DNA of 64,000 nt from Eutreptiella sp. 'Long Island Sound 2002' (Eukaryota > Protista > Euglenida), in assembly GCA_964036045.1 (NCBI GenBank), contig OZ038379.1, positions 25,854,001 through 25,918,000 on the forward strand, read 5' to 3'. Below, one piece after another: positions 58,451-64,000 of this stretch (positions within the stretch are counted from its first letter, which is position 1; each line of letters starts with the position of its first letter). The position numbers were made by a program, and so were the translations under genes. Under the pieces are notes generated by a model, which worked only from the letters and a program-made list of their open reading frames with translations, had not been told where the DNA came from and made no database searches.

Positions 58451-60425
58451 TTTGTATTTTGTTTGTCCAATTTTTGGAAAAGCCCCAACCGAACCGCCGG
58501 TGCAGAGGTTTATGTTCACCCCAAGTTCTATCACTGTCCCCTCTAACGCTTTTGCAATGCCATGGCCTGCGTTCCCCGCAGTCCCTCATTGGGTAGCACC
58601 CAAGCTAACCCTGAAACCCTCCCCCCTCCCCACCCCAAAAATTGGTTTCAGTTCACCTCACAAAACAATCCTCCTCCAACGCGATCTTATTGCTATTCGT
58701 TTGTTTCTTGGTGAGTGGCACAAAATAACGCTTCTCAGCCCGGATCTTGTTGCGACTGAACGCTATGGAGATCAACGCCCTCATCAGAACAACAGCAGGT
58801 GTTGTTTCCACAACTATTGGAACCATGTCCACCTTTGCCCTTTGTGAAGCCCCCCCCCCCCCTTTGTCAGAACAGCACTAGGTGCCGTTTCCGTCATTTT
58901 TTGCGATCCATTTGCTTGTCCATTACCTGCACATGGGGGTCTCTCCACTCTATGAACTTCAGGTAGTACAATTCTGGGTTGTGCAGGCGTTCGGTCTGGT
59001 GCCTCAGGGATGAGGTTGCACAAGGGTGTGGTGCCCTTTGGGCTCATGGGGCACACTGCTCATGTACCTGATCACTGGTTCGCTGTGACTGACGTGTCTG
59101 TTAAGGGGAGGGGGGCGTTGGCAGCTCTTGGACAGCCCCTTGAGGAAAACCAAAGTTTAGCAATAAGTATTGGTTTGACTCGGGCAATGACGGGTCGGTG
59201 TCAGGGCAGATGCAACCTTCCTTTTGATGATTGTTGCCGCCAGTCAGCCTTTCCATTAGCCCGCACCTGTGTCCATACGCTTTCGGAACATACTCCCAGA
59301 ACAGTCCATTTATGGACCCCGACAAAATGGCACCGGATGCCAGGTGCTGGGCCATCCATTATGGCTCCATCATGCTCGTTTCGAGCCAAAGCAAAGGATG
59401 CATTTTTGCTGCATCTTGATTCGCTGCTTGAGCTAGGCCTACGCATTGTTTGTGTTTGTATGGTCTGTGGTCTGTGGTCTGTGACGGGACAGATTGGGGG
59501 AGGGTTTGGAACGCTACCATGTATCACTTAAACACCCCACCACCACCTTGGCCAGGCATGGGTTTGTCCAAGCGCAGGGATCATGTCGGACGATCTTCGC
59601 GGTGCTGGGTTCAAAAGAAGCACAGGTGTACCCAGTAGTGCAATTTTCTTTGTGTTATGCTTTGGGTTTTTTCAAGTTCCTCTCAAGTACGCCACCTTTC
59701 AGGCCGGCCGTCCCGTGAAGGGGCTCAAGTGACCCCCCCCCCCCCCCAACACCACCACACAGACACCGCTTGAAGACACCGGCGCTGGCCAGACGCGCCT
59801 AACCGAAGAGCTTGCCTGCACAAATGGTGCACCCCCCCCACACACACACGTACCATAAAACGGTGGACAGGTTGCCAGCATCGCTGCCAACAGTAGTTCC
59901 GCAAGGAACGAAGGTTCCGTGCAACCGGGGCGGGGGGTGCGATGAATAGTGTATACGTACTGCACATACAAACATACACTCCCTCTCAGTGGCTTTCTTT
60001 GTGCACATTTGGGTTACCTCATGGCTGCAGAAGAAGTGACTGCCAGTTGACTTGAGTTTGCTCATGCCGTCAGTGGGAATGCCTCAGGGGACGTAAAGGA
60101 AGCAGTGCGCACGCCGCGCTCCAACAAACGGAACCCAATTGCTGTGTGCTTGACTGCAGTCGTGGCTTTGGTGGCATGGCACAGGCTTCGGGGGCTTGCC
60201 CCAAGTGGTGCCCGGGGCCCGACGTGCTTTCTGAGTGCTGAGCTGATGATTCCATGTGGTGCTTGTGGTTTGAAAGTCCAACCCCCTGTTTTGTCACAAA
60301 CCGGTGCATGCGCCTGTGGCACAGGCTTTTCCAAGCCCAAGAGCGCTTTTTGGGGTTGGGCTGGATAATTGGTACCGGGGAAGGCAGGGGCGATGGCCGC
60401 ATGTCGGGCGTGATGGATGGCCATA

Positions 60426-61187
60426 GGGGGAGCGTTAGCGCACTGGGCGCGCGCCGGGCATCTTTTTTGACCCGTGCCCCACCGGTGACCTTTTAGGGGG
60501 TGCAATAAGCGCAATGCACGCGCAGTGCAACTATTTGGACATGTAGCCATCCTAGAACCCCATACTTTGTGATACTATGGGCATTATTGTTGTTTGACAA
60601 CGGGTATTTTGATGCTTCTTTCACATTCGGGATGTGGTATATTTGTATTCTCACCCAATGCCACCCATTTTCATCCATTTTTTGCTCGCTTCCACCGCAT
60701 CCACTCCTTTCTAGGTCGATTTCTCCCCACCATGGGGACTCCAAGAAAGCAGGGGTGATGCAGCCATATTGATTTCTCCCCACCATGGGGACCCCGAGAA
60801 GGCAGGGGTGATGCAGCCATTCTGCCCGACTTTTGGGCCCCTAAGAAGGCAGGGGTGATGTAGCCAATGCTGAGTTTGCGCTTCGTTCTTGTGATGTGAG
60901 GCAGAAACGCCATCCAAACCGCTTGCGGCTTGGGGACTCATCACCGTAGCGAAATCTATGGGAAGGTAAAGGCAAAGTACCATTTCTTCAGTACAATACA
61001 AATGACATTTGGAGCTGTTGAATTCACAGCTATTGCCGAATTATGCAACGTGCTTTGTAGGGAAGGTGCGCAGTCCATCATGGTCTATTTGGGGGGCCTT
61101 CTCCATCAGAGGGTAAATCTGGGGCTGAAGTCGGGATAGTTGATAGAAAGGTAGCACGCCGGGCGCACGCCGGGCAAACATTCCCCC
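60426..61187. mobile_element. GGG-terminus element with ATA TSD, relative of 23472-24690
   Basis: ATA|GGGGGAG ... CATTCCCCC|ATA; shared GTGCTTTGTAGGGAAGG block and 53-bp repeats; a second family left end is nested at about 60496. Confidence 0.75.
60716..60866. repeat. 53-bp tandem repeat, about 3 units
   Basis: TTTCTCCCCACCATGGGGAC(T/C)CC(A/G)AGAA(A/G)GCAGGGGTGATGCAGCCAT units. Confidence 0.88.
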
Positions 61188-63066
61188 ATAGACATGCGAC
61201 CTGTGAGCGGACCTGATCGATGTGACAGGGAGGCTCTCGCTCCACCGGCGCTACCGGCGCGGGGGCAGCCTTTATCGCCCGCCGGCGAGTCGCCTGGGCA
61301 GATGGGGGAGCAATCACCCGACCTATGCCCTACAATGTGATGTCCTCCCCGGGGAAGGGCCATGTGACACCTGGTCCTCATAGAACTGACCCTTAATGAA
61401 TGTTCCCTGTCGTTGTGTGCCAAGCCCCTGGGCCTGCCCTCTCTACCCCACGGCAGCAGCTGTGCATCCGCATGGAATCTGCCACTGACCCTGTCCTCCC
61501 ACGTCCCCTGGCAGTCCACCTGCAGAAGTCCGCTTAGGGCTCCAAAAAAGTCCCATGACTCGCGATGATGCCCACCGGCACCGTCTTTCACGTCTCAACA
61601 TTTGACCTCTCTTCCTGTCGCTGTTGTTGTGTGTCCAGTCACCCACAGCAGTACCCCCCCCCCCCCACCCATCCCCGCACCCCCCTTTCCATGCGAACCT
61701 TGTCAGCGCTGGCAGCGCTGTGGCCGCCAGGGGCGGAACGCTGCAACGGGGAGCAGTGCGCAGCCTCTGTGGGCAATAGTCACCATTGATGCGGTGCAAT
61801 TTGTCGGCCGGTCTGATGAGGAAAGTCGCCATCTTGAGTAGTGGCAGCCGTAAACCAAGATCAATCCCGGAAGCCTCCACTCGATTTGTGCTTCTGTGTG
61901 CTACCTTCCACAGTCCTCGGCCCTGAGCCAGGGCGGTCTTCACTTTCTGCCCTTGCCCATCGCTCGGGTTTTGTGATGGGCTGGCGGAGGTTATTTAAGT
62001 GGTTGAGGGTCGATTGATTTCGGTTAGCGGGTACCCGTGGATATGGCTGGTGGACGGACGCTTTGTGGCGATTCAGATAATGGGCCCATCAGTCAATTTG
62101 CAGAACAGGCCGCTGTGCCCCCCCTCCCCCCTTCATGATGGAAGGATATCTGCAGCCACAGGTAGGGGAAGTGAGGGTTGTGATGGCAGGTGCATTTTGG
62201 GAGAATACGCTCGTGACCCCTTGGGTATACTGTTCGGTACCGCTTCAGCACAGAAGTGGCCGGAGGTTGAGAAAGGGGCGATGTCCTCCCCTTTTGTGGC
62301 TTGGTTGTGCCTGATCGCGCCGTGCACAGTTCTTCTCCACCCATTGCAGGCACAGAACAGCTGCCTGATATGCCCTTTGCACCGTTCTGGTACAAACGGA
62401 ATGCACAGTGGGATTGGGATCGCAAGATGTCTCTTGCTCGATTTGTGTTTTGTGTTGCACACCGCGAAATGTGAGTGGTGTTCCGTGTTGTGTCCAAAAT
62501 ATGTTGTGTGCCGTGATTTGTTTGCTGCGTGCGGAGTGGCCACATATGAAGGATTGGTACACATATCACAGTGACTTGCGGGCTGCATGCGAAACGGAAG
62601 CGGCAGTTGCTGTTTTCATTCCACCCACAGAAATGCTCTAAGAAAAAACACTTTCCCAGCGCTTGTGGATGCGCAGTATCCAACTGTCAAAAGGTCAATT
62701 TTTCAAGCTTTTTTCGTTTCTGGCCGAAATTTGCTCGAGTTTTTTGGGAGGCTGAGGAAAATTGTTGGCTAGATTTTTTAGTTTTGCAAGTATGAGGGTT
62801 TCTTTTGGCGCTGTTTGGGATGCTTGGGTAATTTTTGGCTAATTTGCATATCTTCTGTTGTTTGTATTTTTAACACGTTATCAAACAGCTTGGGTAAATT
62901 TCGGCCACCTTGAGTATTTTTTCAAATTTTTGGGTTTCTTTTTATCTTTTGGGATGCTGGAGGTAAATTTTGGCCAGCTGCGAGTTTGCTGCATCTTTTC
63001 GGGTAGTTCTGGGCTATTTTGATGGTTAAGCTGGGGAAAATTTCAGCAAATTTTGGTTTCTTGGTA

Positions 63067-63450
63067 CCCCCCCCCCCCTTGCGCATGCACGGCCTTGTCT
63101 AAGCACGGGGTGGGCGTTGAACCGCCGTTTTGAGGAAATTTTGGGACCGCTGTTTTTGTGGTCCAGAATGGAGGGTTGGGTGTTTGTAGAGTGTTTGTAC
63201 AGGGAAAGAGGAGCTCAGTTATGTCTGTGATGGTGCATTCTGTTCATAACAACATTTTACTACACATTGGAACCCCATGCTGCTTGTTCTGATGTGATTT
63301 TCAGCCATGGCTAACAATGTTATTCCCGGTCTGGCTGTCACATGTGTCACGCGCATGCACAGCCTTGTCTAAGCACGGGGTGGGCGTTGAACCGCCGTTT
63401 TGGCCTGACTGCTGGGACCGCGGCCGTGCTTGTGCAAGGGGGGGGGGGGG
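63067..63450. mobile_element. Poly-C/TTG-TIR MITE with TA TSD, short form of 25439-26819 (inverted)
   Basis: TA|(C)12TTGCGCATGCACGGCC ... GGCCGTGCTTGTGCAA(G)13|TA; internal direct repeat GCATGCAC(G/A)GCCTTGTCTAAGCACGGGGTGGGCGTTGAACCGCCGTTTTG. Confidence 0.9.
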
Positions 63451-64000
63451 TAATTTGGGTGTTTCTGTTGACAAGTTTTCAACGGCTGGGTAAAATGTGA
63501 CCAGCTCTGGGATTTTGCTTGCTATAAGGGGTGAGTTTGGATATGTTCTTCAAGCTGTGGTAAATCACCCCGAAGAGAGGTTATGCAGGCATGGGCGCAT
63601 ACCCCAGTTTCTGGGGGTCATTCGCATCAGATACCCTATTATATGTCCAACCCCTTGTAAAATGATCCCTTTGGGGGACAAAATTCTCCCCCAACGAATT
63701 TTTTGATTTTGACCCCCCCCCCAAGCCTTAATTGATCAACCGGGGCGCTGTCCGAATGGCAAATCTACACGTAAGTGGGTGAATTTTACGAAAACGGCCA
63801 CTGTTTGGGCCACGGCGGTGTTTACAGGTGTAAATTGCGTGTAAATTGGTGTAAATTGATATGGCTCCACCATTTCTTGATGCAATTGAGCTTCTTTGTC
63901 TTGCAAGTTGTGTGCTTTTTGACATTTTCTCCACACTGTTGCCATTCGCACATGGTTGTCGCGGCACGTTTCGCGCGCACGGTGGGGTAGTGTAATCTAT

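Noticed and set aside
60227-60237. Second SL-like match CTTTCTGAGTG
   Set aside because: Only 11 nt and no following TCTA/T-run; compatible with chance in 64 kb.

Overview
Eukaryotic, repeat-saturated genomic DNA. A 15-nt exact match to the euglenid spliced leader at 2046-2060 points to a euglenid, but the taxon cannot be named from sequence alone. Bases 1-20160 hold the 3' part of a highly divergent dynein heavy chain-like gene: 8 GT-AG exons that I joined by hand into one open frame of about 1500 codons (stalk/MTBD, AAA5, AAA6, C-terminal domain). Its introns are packed with microsatellites and transposon derivatives. Two further intron-containing + strand genes of unknown function lie at about 38.5-50.3 kb and 53.2-54.3 kb. 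The rest is nested DNA-transposon debris in at least four classes defined by termini and target-site duplications (TSDs): (i) GGG-terminated elements with 3-bp TSDs, carrying varied cargo; (ii) poly-C/TTG-terminated elements with TA TSDs; (iii) a 6-kb decayed hAT-like element with an unusual 6-bp TSD, tRNA-like subterminal units and a nested copy of its own derivative; (iv) long foldback elements. A conventional hAT derivative with an 8-bp TSD and a LINE RNase H relic are also present. The strongest candidate for an undescribed system is a small Tudor/SH3-like ORF found three times, each time inside a TIR element and in two different element classes. All domain calls are motif recognition by eye; no database search was run.
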